From positions 1,639,547 through 1,703,546 of the forward strand of contig BCKQ01000003.1 of assembly GCA_001600695.1 (NCBI GenBank): a stretch of DNA of 64,000 bases, written 5' to 3'. The position numbers were made by a program, and so were the translations under genes. Below, one piece after another: positions 35,296 through 46,984 of the stretch (position 1 is the stretch's first letter; the number at the start of each line of letters is the position of its first letter). The notes below the pieces were generated by a model. It ran no database searches. It was not told the origin of the DNA and worked only from the letters and a program-made list of their open reading frames with translations. This DNA is from Ascoidea asiatica JCM 7603 (taxonomy: Eukaryota; Fungi; Ascomycota).

Positions 35296-37850
35296 TCAAT
35301 TATATGAGTTATATGAGTTATTTTAGTGAATTTTAATCAAAAAAAATCTTGTTTGAGTATTTTGACACTAAAAGGAAACTTGAAAAAACTTTTTAATCTC
35401 TATTTCTATAATAAACTCTGCAGTTATGTTTCAAACATATTTATTTGTGTTTTATTTAAACTCATTTTTTATATCCAAGCATTTTTTGCTCGGATTTCGG
35501 CTTCAATTTTATTTCGTTATTCCTTTCTTAAATTATTTTTGTTATATTAACTGTTTTTTTTTCGGTTATTGTTGAGTTAGCTAACCAATTTTTAAAGCAT
35601 TCATATAAAGTATTGTTGCCAATGGTTTACTTTCATTTTTTATTATACACAAAAGTTACATTTTTTCATTCTGTTTTTTTATTACATCATCATATATTAT
35701 ATATTGTCTGCTTTTAGAGATTTTATGTTTGATTCAGTTCAATATACTTTATGCTTTTCATTTTTTTATTAAAAATGAATTATATTATATAGAATTTTCC
35801 AATTTTTCACTTCTTTTCAACATTTTCTGTAATAAAAGCTTTCTTACATATATATTAAAGTGAGTGCAAAAAATGTCAATCAGCTTACTGTGAACATTTT
35901 CGTAATTTTGTTTTTTAATTAGTTGAATCTCTAAAACACTGAACATTCAATTGAAGAGATTGATTTATTAGTATACTTCTTAGTTTTTTTTAGCCAAATA
36001 TCTTTCTTTCTGTGAACAGTATAATAATACAATTCCTACGTAATTATTTGATGTTCTTAACGTATAAGAATCTTTTTTTAACCTATCTAGCATAGCTTTT
36101 GGTTTTGAATGACATTTTATAAAATTTTCGTAAGTCAGAATGTTTTAAAGTATATGAGATTTTACAGAAAGCTAACTGAACCTACATATTTTTATAAAAA
36201 AATGAAGTAAAAAATACCAAAAAATAAGCAGCTTTTTTTGTTATATATTGAGTGTTTTCAAATAAATTGACCTTTAATGGAACTTGAAAATAAAGCCAGA
36301 GCAAAAAAATTAGAATATACTCTCAAAAATATAAATCTGAACAGCACACTTATTTGAAAATACAGTATCTCATGAGGGTAAATTATTCTCTTTCTTTTGT
36401 TTCTTAATGGTATTTCTCAACAGCTATAGTTTCATAAATCCGACAAAATTTTAGTAGCTGAAGCATTCTTTTTGACTGCTTTACCTTTCTTTACTTTTTT
36501 CTCAGGCTGTGACAGCAAATTACTATTAGTAGAGTAACTTTTTAATACAATCTTGCAAAATTGTTCGGCAATTATGGTCCATAAAAACTAAGCTTGATTT
36601 ATGGAAACTACTTTTTTGTAAATAGTTTTTTTAAAAAAACCTAAAGTTCTGAAAGCTCTAGACTTTTTTTCATAATACGAAATTATTATTAGGAATAATT
36701 GTAATAATTATTTGGTATTTGTTTCTGCCAATCAAAATCTTTAACTGCTTTACCTATTTAATATTTGACTTTTAAAACTAGCTTTTTAGAACTGTTTTTC
36801 TTTTTCGGACCTAAGTTACCAAGGAAAAAATAATGAGCTTCTGATCAACACCATATATAAAAATAAGCTAATTTGATAAAACACCTTCATAAATTATTGA
36901 CATTCAATCCAAAATTTATTCTTTTTTAAATGAAACTGTGGATAAACTATGATATGGATCAATAGGAGCAAAGAATTAAGTGCTAGAATAGGCAATTTTG
37001 AGAAATTAAAAGGTGAACAGAAGAAAATTATCATCATCAACGTCAAATAGCAAACTTTTCAGAGCTTCGAGGTTAAAAGAAATACTATGTACAACTTTTG
37101 ATTGTAGCAAATTCATATAAATTCCAATTGGAACTTATGCTTGATATGAGGCTTATATCATATCTCCATCAAACTCGAATAAACAAAAACAAAAACTTAA
37201 GATAAGCAAACAATTGTTGAAAGAAAAAAAGTTTGAATCAACACAAAAACTGCACCCGCAATCCTGGAAGTGAATAAGGTTTATAGATACAGTTCATGTG
37301 AGTCACTTAAGCATTTTTGTGCCTTTAACTACTTTGGGTTCAAATATTTAGATTTAGGATTCAATTTTAGGGTTCGAAATTTAGGTATTTGAATATAATT
37401 TACTTCATTAAGATATATTATATAATAAAACTCAAAAGTTAGAACTTCAAAAGTAGTAATAAAAGCAAAATTCATTATCTTGAAGCCAAAAGTAGTTTGC
37501 GCTTAGGCTGAAAATTCACATGATAAATTTACAACAAATGAAATTCTATATAAAAACTATTTTCAAAGTCTTTAGATGAGAAATTTTTATAAATTTCACT
37601 CAGTAAATCTAGAAAAAAAAAAGAAAAGAGAAAGTATATATTTAAGCAAACAAGGTATTGTTTCAGAATTCACTACTAGAGCAAGCCAAGAAATACAAGA
37701 CGGTAGAAAGTAACATCCGATTGAATTCCTTTTGAACTATAATGTTTAAATTTCTATAGAAGAAAATTTAAGTGGTGGGCTTTAATGCTACAAAATGGCC
37801 TTATTTTTATTCTACCTAAAGAAGCTTTGAAAGTTGTACTAATCGATCAA

Positions 37851-39725
37851 CTAAACTTCAGTTTCTAACGAAATGGGTAATTCTTGACAAGAGTCAATTA
37901 CTATATTTTCCTCAATAAGAGTTAAAACCGCTTCTTCTATATGTCTAATGTTTTTGAGAAAGGTGAATCTATCTACTACATTTCCATATTTATCCACAAT
38001 AAATTTTTCAAAATTCCATTTTATTCTTTTAGTATTAAATATACCATTCTTTTCTTGCTTCAAAAATTTATAAATATCACTAGATTCTTTGCCATTAACT
38101 TTGATTTTCTTTAAAACTGGAAATGTTATATTAAAGTTTTTTTCTAGAAACTCGTTGAATTGTATATTATTTTCGCTTTCATTTTCATTTTCTTCTAATA
38201 TTTTTCTCGAAAAAGGAGTAAAAAACTGATCACATGGAAAGGCAATAATCTCAAATTGAGACTTTCCAGTTTCTTTGTTAATATGATATTTTTCATAAAA
38301 TGTCTGTAAAGTTTTGAAATGATTTTTGGTAAATGAATCTTTATAACTTGGAGAAATATTAATCACGAGAACAACTTTATCAGTTAAATCTGCAAAATCA
38401 AAGATATTACCTTTCGAATCTTCCGCTTTTAAATCGTAAAAATAATTACCTAGAGACTCTCTGGAAGAGGTTGATGGTTTCAATCCATTTGTCATTAAAT
38501 GAGAATCCTGAGTGATTGAAGGCATAAGATCATCAGAGTTTGAAGAGTCTAGTTTGGAGTGAAATGATCGAGCAAATGGAGAAGAGGTATATGAATTGGA
38601 TATTCGAGATTTAGATGTATATAAAGAATGGGAAGAAAAAGGGGAAAATGGTGAATTCGGGGAATTTTTAACTAGCATTTTTTTTGAAGAAGTGTCTCGT
38701 GAAGGCGAAAGTAAATTTGTTTTGGAAATACTGGAGGTTAAGGATATGGATGAAAAAAGTGGAGAAGAAAAGATTTTCTTTTTTGACTTAATAGGTGAAC
38801 TTATAGGCTGATCTTTATTAAGCAAATTTGAAATAGCCTTATTATTGGATATTTTTTTTATATTTAGGGATAAATTGTTAATATTCCTCTTCTTGGAATT
38901 TTTGCTTTGAGTTTCAACAAAACTACTATCGTTTGATGAGTTTAGAAAAGAAGCATTTGAATCTCGAGTATTAGTTCTATATGTAGTATCACTAATATTA
39001 TTTCTTTTAGTTATGTTGGTATCCATATACTTGTCATGTGGAACCGGTAAAGTTGATGAGAGAGACTCGTCATCATATGAATTAATATTAATACTGGTTT
39101 GAAAAATCTGTATTTTATTTTCTTCTTTGAATATGTCTTTATTTGATTTAACCTTCCTACTATTGCTGATTTTGTTTTCATTGACATTATTATCATTATT
39201 ATTATTTCTATTATTAGAATCATTTTCAGTATCGCTATCTATTATTTCAAATGAAAATAAGTCAACATTGTCTGCGTCATTTGAATAAACACTTAATTTT
39301 TTTGTTTCTGGATTGAATGATTCTCTATATGGGGTGAAAAAGAACTCGGTTTCATTATCATTATCATTATAATTATCCTGATACTCATTATTTTTATTAT
39401 TGTTAATATTATTTGAGTATATTGTACTTAAGTTTTCTTTATTTTCGATATTGCTTTTATTAAAAGTTTCAGATAATGGTGTGTAATAATCATTATGAAT
39501 AGTACTTTGAACAGATTTTGATGAACAAGTTGAATCAGAAGTGTAAGAATAATTAGTTCTGATTGAATCATCTACAGATGTGGATATTATTACAGGTAAT
39601 TGATTGTTATAAGTATTATATAAATTTGATTGAGAAGACATGTTTATATCTGAAGAGGATGAAAAGCTGGTCAGTGATAAAGATTGAATACAAGAATTTA
39701 AATTTGAATTTATCTTGAAGTTCAT
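37851..39725 (-). CDS. Ser/Asn-rich protein with C-terminal degenerate GPx domain, paralogue 2
   Basis: FYDLKAEDSKGNIFDFADLTDKVVLVIN, FEIIAFPCDQF, ITFPVLKKIKVNG, IKWNFEKFIVDKYGNVVDRF. No Cys at the NVASxC position (NISPSYKDSFT). Confidence 0.87.
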   Translation of the reverse strand: MNFKINSNLNSCIQSLSLTSFSSSSDINMSSQSNLYNTYNNQLPVIISTSVDDSIRTNYSYTSDSTCSSKSVQSTIHNDYYTPLSETFNKSNIENKENLSTIYSNNINNNKNNEYQDNYNDNDNETEFFFTPYRESFNPETKKLSVYSNDADNVDLFSFEIIDSDTENDSNNRNNNNDNNVNENKISNSRKVKSNKDIFKEENKIQIFQTSININSYDDESLSSTLPVPHDKYMDTNITKRNNISDTTYRTNTRDSNASFLNSSNDSSFVETQSKNSKKRNINNLSLNIKKISNNKAISNLLNKDQPISSPIKSKKKIFSSPLFSSISLTSSISKTNLLSPSRDTSSKKMLVKNSPNSPFSPFSSHSLYTSKSRISNSYTSSPFARSFHSKLDSSNSDDLMPSITQDSHLMTNGLKPSTSSRESLGNYFYDLKAEDSKGNIFDFADLTDKVVLVINISPSYKDSFTKNHFKTLQTFYEKYHINKETGKSQFEIIAFPCDQFFTPFSRKILEENENESENNIQFNEFLEKNFNITFPVLKKIKVNGKESSDIYKFLKQEKNGIFNTKRIKWNFEKFIVDKYGNVVDRFTFLKNIRHIEEAVLTLIEENIVIDSCQELPISLETEV

Positions 39726-41048
39726 ATTATTTTATATGATTGATGATATTGAATAGAACTACTACTACCAGAAATTTAATGATTGGATATAATCTAATCG
39801 GATAAATGTTATTGAAAAAATGATTAGGAATAATGGGTGATCAAAAAAAAGGATGAAAAATTGAAACTAATATGACGAGATGAGATGAGATATTGTAGGT
39901 ATATTGAAGTATTTTATATTTTTTTGTTTTAATTATTCCCAAATGAAAAATGTAATAAAAAGTAATAAAAGTTGGAGAAATAAGAGTATATTTAAGAAAG
40001 AGATTTGCTGGAAATCAAAGTGAAAAAAAATAAATTAAAGTAATTATAAAATTTATTAAAATAAAACAATTCTTATCAATTTTTGATTGGAATGAAGTTG
40101 AAGCAGGATTTTGTTTTTTTATGTATTCAATGAGAAAAGAGAAGCAATCATCAATTGAGATTAAGTTCATAATAATAGTGATAATAATTAAAAGAATAAT
40201 ATTATAGTAGTCTTTGAAAACTCAGTTAGTTAAGATAATGAATATATGAATACTTTTATACCTAATAATACTAATTATGAAAAAATAATTAATAATTTCT
40301 TCATACCAGTCAATATTACAGAAAAATGATGATTTAAAGGAAGATGATGATTGAAGGATGTTAATACCCCAATACAGACAACTTTTCACTTTTATGTCTC
40401 ATAAACTTATAACTTGAGTTTAACTAAAAATAAAATTTTAATTCAAAAAATGTTTTTGGCAATTACTCTTAACATGAAGTCGAGCAAGTTTACCTGTAGT
40501 TGATTCTTTTAATTATCAATACAATACAATAATGTATTAAGAATAATGACTATCATTAAAATACAATAGAGTAAATAATTTCAAGATTTAAAGATTGAAA
40601 AATCTGAATACAATGAACAAAACAGAGGAAATGAGTTGATAAGTTATAATAAATATAGCATGGCTAGAATTTCTTTTAGCAGTAGATGCATTTAATAATT
40701 ACTTGAAAGAATTGAAACTCAACTCCTTTTTTTTATAAATGACCAAATATGATTGAATATAACCAAGCTATTGAATTATATTTATTATTACTTTTATTAT
40801 GTTTTTGAAAATATCTTCAATTACAAACTGATGTTAATATCAAAATTCGAAACTACTTTATTGGAATAAATCTCCAAAAAACTAAAAAAAAATTCAGATT
40901 AAGATAAAGGTATTCCAATTGAAGGTGTAAAAAATCACTCGCTTAGTCAGCGGCTCTGGCTCAGTGTGTATGTAGATATGTGTGGTAAAGTGTGTGCTTG
41001 CACTCTTAGCAGCCTTTGTCTTTTAAACTTCTTAATAAAGGTGCTGTT

Positions 41049-41205
41049 ACGCGTTTCTTGAAAGTTACCCACTCCACGAAGATAAAAATAAATTCAAAAA
41101 CGCGTTTTTCTTTCAAATAAAACAAAAACTTGGGTCTAAGACATTTTCGTATGTGCAACCAGCATAGAGGTATACAAACGTGCAAGCCTGTAAATCTAAA
41201 CGCGT
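41049..41205. promoter_or_regulatory. Three MCB elements (ACGCGT) upstream of GPx-like paralogue 2
   Basis: ACGCGT at 41049-41054, 41100-41105 and 41200-41205. Confidence 0.55.
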
Positions 41206-41912
41206 CGGAAACTTCAAAATTGCTTCGGCCAGGCTCACACTTGCCACAATATGCTAATTACAGTAAGAGTACATAAGAAAAAAAAAATTCGGAAAGCTTT
41301 CAATGTCTGATTGGGAACTTTTCTTAAAACCTTTGGGAACTTTTTTTTTCCGTTTTAGAAAGTAGAAAGTCGAATACCCACTGTTTCCGGTAAAACTTGA
41401 CCAGTTTGAATTGAATATAGACCGGAATTGAACATTTTTGCGCGCAATTCTGATCTTACTTCTTTGACGTAACTTTAACGTTAAAATCCGAGAGAAATAA
41501 TGATAGAGAAAGACTTTTTGTGGATATTAGCAAAAATAGCTTTGAATAATAATCAAGTTTTTTTACAATAACTTACTTACGGTAAAGAGTTTTAAACATG
41601 ATGAGTTTATTTTAAAGCTTAGCAAGAGAAAAAAATAATGATAGATACTGCTCTTCAGTACTGAATCATGAAGCCAATCCAGAATATCCAAAAGAACTAT
41701 AGAAGCTTAAGAAATACTTGAAAAAACAGAGTATCCTTATGAAAATACTTTTAGCTATTTCCAAAGACATAAAAATCAAGACATTAACAAACACAAAAAA
41801 AACGAAGCATTAATTCAAAACCTAATAGTCAAAAACTTTTTTGAAAAACAGAGAACAAAAAACAAAATTAGAAGCAAAAAAAAAAATTTAAAAGACCATT
41901 AAAAAAACTCTT

Positions 41913-44441
41913 TCAAAGATAGTAACCACCAAAATTGTTATTGGATTTCCCATCGTTATTGATATTATTATTTATATCATATACCTTATTGAAAAGTAAG
42001 TATCTAATATAATTGTCTAATTTATTTATTTTAGTCATTGAACTAAATCTTTCAACCACATTTCCTTCTTTATCAATTAAAAATTTTTCAAAATTCCATT
42101 TGATTAATTTTATTCCCAATTTTCCTTTTTTTTGATTTTTTAAATATCTATAAACTCCAATTTGATTTTTACCATTAACTTTACATTTTTTCATTATAGG
42201 AAATGTAATATTATTTTTTTGAATGAATTTTTTAATTTTTTCATTCTTTGTTGAATTCATATTGAAATTCAATAACATTTGAGATGAGGATGAAGAAGAT
42301 TGAGTATGAAATGGTGATTTAGATTGTGATTTGGAGTGAGATTTAGATTGAGGTTTGGATTGAGATTGAGATTGAATGAATGAGTGAGAATCATTTTGAT
42401 AATTAGAGCTAGATCCAGAAGAAAACGATGCAGCTCGTGGAAATTCTTTTGATAAAAATTGATCAGTTGGAAATCCAACTATTTCTAATCCATGTTTCCT
42501 ATATCTTTGATATAATTTTTCTAAATCTTTAAAATGTTGAGAAAATTGTGTAAAAGAAATAGGTAAATTGATTAATAAAATTACTTTATTTTTATTTTTA
42601 CTGAAATCATATAAATTTCCAAAACAATCTTCAATTGTAAAATCATAAATTGAGAATGTTTCATTATAAATTGAATCTGAATTTGTACTTTCACTTGTTA
42701 TTGAATCTTTAAAAAAAAGATCATTTTCATCATTCTCAAATTTATCAGAGTTATTGCAATGGTCACTATTATCACAATGATCAGAATCATTTTTATCAAC
42801 TTTATTATTCTTATCTTTTTTAAGACCTTTATCTTTTTTACTTTCTTCAACTCCATTTAAAGTTAATTTACTTGTGGATTTAGATAAAAAATTTAGCATA
42901 TCATTATTAAACTTATCTAATGAAACATTACCAGATTTTGAATCATATTTAATTGTATTATTTATTGAATTACCTATTGAATTACTCATACAATGATTTA
43001 TAATAGCTGTTGATTTCTTTTTGGTTACTGAATTTCCAGAATATCCTAATAAATTACCTAATGAATTTTTTCTTATATTTATCGCACTACTAGCACTTCT
43101 AGCTAAACTTATTCTACTATATTTATTATTTAAATGATGATGATTATGAGTGTCTTTTCCATCATTTTTATTATCATTGTGTTTATCATTATTGCCAGTA
43201 ATATTATTATTGTTATCATTATTGTTGCTATCGAATTTTGGTAGTTTCAATGAAAAAGAATTTTTTTTCTCATATTTTGAATCATAATTAGAAATTTTTT
43301 TTGTACTACTAAGTAATATTGGAGGTGAAATTTTCTTTATAGGTTTATCAAATGAATAACTTTGTCTTGATAAAGATCTTTCATGATGAGATTTTATTTT
43401 ATTTTTTTTTTTATTTTGATGAATATTTAAACTTGGATTTGAATTAAAATTACCATTTAAAGTAGACTTGAAATTACTATTAAATGTTGAATTTGAGACC
43501 GAATTTGAAATTGGACTTAAGCCTGGATTGGAATTAAAATTTGAGTTAGGATTTAAACTGGCATTTGAATTGGGATTTAAATTAGAATTTGAGTAAGAAT
43601 TTGGATTTGATATACAATTAGAAATTGGTGAAGGGGAAGGTGAGGGTAATGGAATTGCCATTGGAGTTAAAGGACTTATTGGAACTTGAGAAAAATTTTT
43701 ATTATTATTTATGTTGATATTATTATTGATTTTATTTATATTTATACTACTTGGTAAATTTGAGTTATTTGAAGTTTTTAGTTTTTGAAAAGAGTAGTTA
43801 GAATTTAAGAACATATTCTTCCTTGAATTTAGATTACTATTTTTTTTTAACTGATGATAATCTTCATCACTATCACTATCATCATCATCGTCATCATCAT
43901 CAAAATCCATTTCTTTATTATCGTAATTATACTTTCTTGGAGCTATCATTACTCCAATTCTAACATTATCATCATTGTCCAAGTCATTATCATTATCATC
44001 GTTATCAGTATCAAAATCATTATAACTTGAATTATAAAATTTTGTATTTTGATAATATTTTTTTTGTAAATTTGTTAAATTTTCACTTATTGTATCATTT
44101 ATCATAACTTGGCTTTTTCTTTTTTTTCTTAAAATTGAATTATTTTCCAAATCGTCTATTATTGGAACATCTATTGTATTGTTAAAGGAATTTGATAAAG
44201 AGTTTGATAATGAATTTGATAAAGAATTGGCTAAAGAGTTTGCAAAAGAATTCGCTATTGAATTTGCTAAAGAATTTCTATTTGAATTATAATTTGAATT
44301 TTGATTTAGACTATTTTGATTATTGATTGGATTATTGTTTAAAAGTTGATTGGAACTTGTAGTAGTTATAGTTCTTAAAGAATTTGAAGATTGTTCAGAA
44401 TCTTTTGTTTGTACTTTGAATAAAATTCCTGGAATACTCAT
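41913..44441 (-). CDS. Asn/Ser-rich protein with C-terminal degenerate GPx domain, paralogue 3
   Basis: SIYDFTIEDCFGNLYDF, KVILLINLPISFTQF, GLEIVGFPTDQF, ITFPIMKKCKVNG, IKWNFEKFLIDKEGNVVERFSSMTK. A Ser/Gln-rich insert lies inside the domain. Confidence 0.87.
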   Translation of the reverse strand: MSIPGILFKVQTKDSEQSSNSLRTITTTSSNQLLNNNPINNQNSLNQNSNYNSNRNSLANSIANSFANSLANSLSNSLSNSLSNSFNNTIDVPIIDDLENNSILRKKRKSQVMINDTISENLTNLQKKYYQNTKFYNSSYNDFDTDNDDNDNDLDNDDNVRIGVMIAPRKYNYDNKEMDFDDDDDDDDSDSDEDYHQLKKNSNLNSRKNMFLNSNYSFQKLKTSNNSNLPSSININKINNNININNNKNFSQVPISPLTPMAIPLPSPSPSPISNCISNPNSYSNSNLNPNSNASLNPNSNFNSNPGLSPISNSVSNSTFNSNFKSTLNGNFNSNPSLNIHQNKKKNKIKSHHERSLSRQSYSFDKPIKKISPPILLSSTKKISNYDSKYEKKNSFSLKLPKFDSNNNDNNNNITGNNDKHNDNKNDGKDTHNHHHLNNKYSRISLARSASSAINIRKNSLGNLLGYSGNSVTKKKSTAIINHCMSNSIGNSINNTIKYDSKSGNVSLDKFNNDMLNFLSKSTSKLTLNGVEESKKDKGLKKDKNNKVDKNDSDHCDNSDHCNNSDKFENDENDLFFKDSITSESTNSDSIYNETFSIYDFTIEDCFGNLYDFSKNKNKVILLINLPISFTQFSQHFKDLEKLYQRYRKHGLEIVGFPTDQFLSKEFPRAASFSSGSSSNYQNDSHSFIQSQSQSKPQSKSHSKSQSKSPFHTQSSSSSSQMLLNFNMNSTKNEKIKKFIQKNNITFPIMKKCKVNGKNQIGVYRYLKNQKKGKLGIKLIKWNFEKFLIDKEGNVVERFSSMTKINKLDNYIRYLLFNKVYDINNNINNDGKSNNNFGGYYL

Positions 44442-46984
44442 TAAAATAAAATATTTTGAATTGAAAAATTAGGTATAAAAGAGGTTGTTTATAACCTAGA
44501 ATTTAGAGATTATGAAAAAAAGAATAAAAAAGTATATTGACTAACGCTAAGAGTAAAATATTTTATCTTAAAAAAAATTCGATTGTTGATAAATAGATTT
44601 TGATAAAGTTCATTAATTTGAAGGGATGAATAATAACATTTATTGATATTGAAAAGTGTTTCAAATATTAAAGTAACTTTAGTTGAGTATTATTTATTGA
44701 TTTAATAATTATTCGAAATTTAAGAAAAATTTCTGGCAACTCTAAAGAAAGGAGTGATAAATTATTAGTTTGAGGCTATATTTGAAAATATTTCAAACCG
44801 AGAAAGAAATAATATAGAGGGAGATAAAGAAAGAGAAAGAATATTTTAATGGCTATTTCTAATATATTTAAATGTACTTTGAAATGTCTTTGGAGATTGC
44901 TTTTCAAAGAATGAGAGTTGATATGCTGAATTCATAGAAAGATAAAGAAAATAACTGAAAAAAAAATTACAGAAGAAATAAAAGATTTTTTAAATACAAT
45001 CAATGAAGATAAATCGAAAATGCCTTTGAAGCAGAGCTCAGCCAAGAAAATCAGCAGCTTTGAAGTGGTGTTGCACTGCTAACGGTGGTAACTTCGTAAC
45101 CAAAGTTCTGATCTGAAGGCATACAGTGGTCGAAGGGGCTACTTATTGCCAAAAAGTAGTAAATATGAAAAAATCAAGAGAACTACTACAGCTATTAATA
45201 CTAGTAGAATGCTGTAACGTTACTGCTGTAGGACTGAAGTTAGTTTATATCGTAATTTGTTTACTTCAGGCTGAGCCAATGGGCACTTTCTATTTGGTTC
45301 AGTTTCTTTGGTAAATCACCACCCAGAACCATTAGCTGATATAACAAAGTACAGTAACGTTGGCAGTCCAATCTTCAGTGTTTGGAGAATTTCAACTTTG
45401 TTAACTGAGAATTCTATTTGTGAATTTGTAGTGTGTTGATATCCTGGTGGAGAGGATTTGATCGACCATTGTGTGCCTGGCTGGTGTTGTTGGTGAAACT
45501 GATTTGCACTTGGCTCGTTGACGAAGCTGAGCTTGTTTTTACCAAAATATGCTCTCTCAGTCTCATATCCGACAAAATTAGAATAACTTGGGTATGATAA
45601 ATATATGGTGGTGATAACTAATCTCCTCATCCAATGATAATAAAGTAGATAACAGTGATAGTAGTTCGGGCTACTAAATATAGGTCTCCTTGAGTGTGGC
45701 CTAATATTCTACAAATTTAGGAAAGCTCTCAGTTTTAGTTCACTGAAGAGCTGTAGAATATTATGATGAGTGTAAAATAATATCCATAATTTTCGTTACG
45801 TATGTAAATATTATCTAAAACTTGTTGGAAAGTTATTGAAAATAACCAAATTAAAACTGAAAAAGAATCAGAAAGGTTATTGAAAATCTACAAGTAGAAG
45901 GAAGTTAACATCAGATAAAAAATAGGTGCGTAACGATAAACTTGTCCTAATCTTAACGTTTCAGCACCAGAAGCCCCCTCAAAAGGTAAAAAGCAGCAAA
46001 CCCAGCAAACGTTATTTTTTTCCACCAATTATCGGGAAAAGTTGTTGAACAAACTGCATGATCTGGTGTTTTTTTTTATATATTTTGCTGCCCATCCAGT
46101 TTTTTGAGTCTTTTTTTTTTTTTAATTTAAACTGTTTTTGTTGTTGCAATCGCTTTTTTGATTTCTTTAACCTTTGATTTTTCTGGGTTTCAATTATTAT
46201 TTATTATTTGATTTTCATAGGCATACTTTTTCTACGATTTCAGACTGATTCATAGTAGCTAAGAATTGCTTCATATGCAAACAAAAAAAAGAACATTTAT
46301 TGAAGTAGTCCAGCAAAAGAAAATAAGAACGAGAACTTTTTAATTCAAAAAGTGGACAATATAATATTTGGGTTGTAAAGCATTATCGGAACTTTTGCTT
46401 ATGCTTAGTTTAATAACTTGATCACTACAAGTAGACGAATGTATTCTAATTTGAACAAATTATTGTATCTAATATAAATAAAAATTGTAACATTATCTGA
46501 TAAAATTTTTCCGTAATACTATTGATCGTGACTGAATAATACACATTTTTTACTGTCTAATAAAAAAAAAAGGAAACAATATTAAACTATGTTCTTAAAT
46601 GATCTATTGCATACTTCAAAGGAAGTTTTTTTGGAGTATTAGGAAAAAGTATTCTTACCCCCAGGAAGCATACAATAAACGGTATGCAAAAATTATTACA
46701 GAAAAAAATATAGCACATAAATACTCTATGGGAATGTAACGTAAATTATTTCTAAAGAATAATCTTATCTTCATTTTTTCATTTTTGGCTTTACTCTTAT
46801 CATACTTTCAAGAATCTTGCTTTTATCTCTAGAATAAGCTTGTCATTGATTTAGAAACAAGATTTGAGATTAGAGATTATTTTTTCTTGTGAATTTCTCA
46901 ATTTGAACTAAAATCAAAACATATTAGTAAAAAATCAAAAGTTTAACACCCATATATCAATTTCGTATCCCAAACTAGAATTTA

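Noticed and set aside
37371-37381. tRNA B-box-like GGTTCGAA
   Set aside because: No A-box or cloverleaf around it. No tRNA gene was recognised anywhere in the window.
41598-41664. Box C/D snoRNA-like ATGATGA...CTGA
   Set aside because: No recognisable rRNA-complementary guide, and such boxes arise often by chance in AT-rich DNA.
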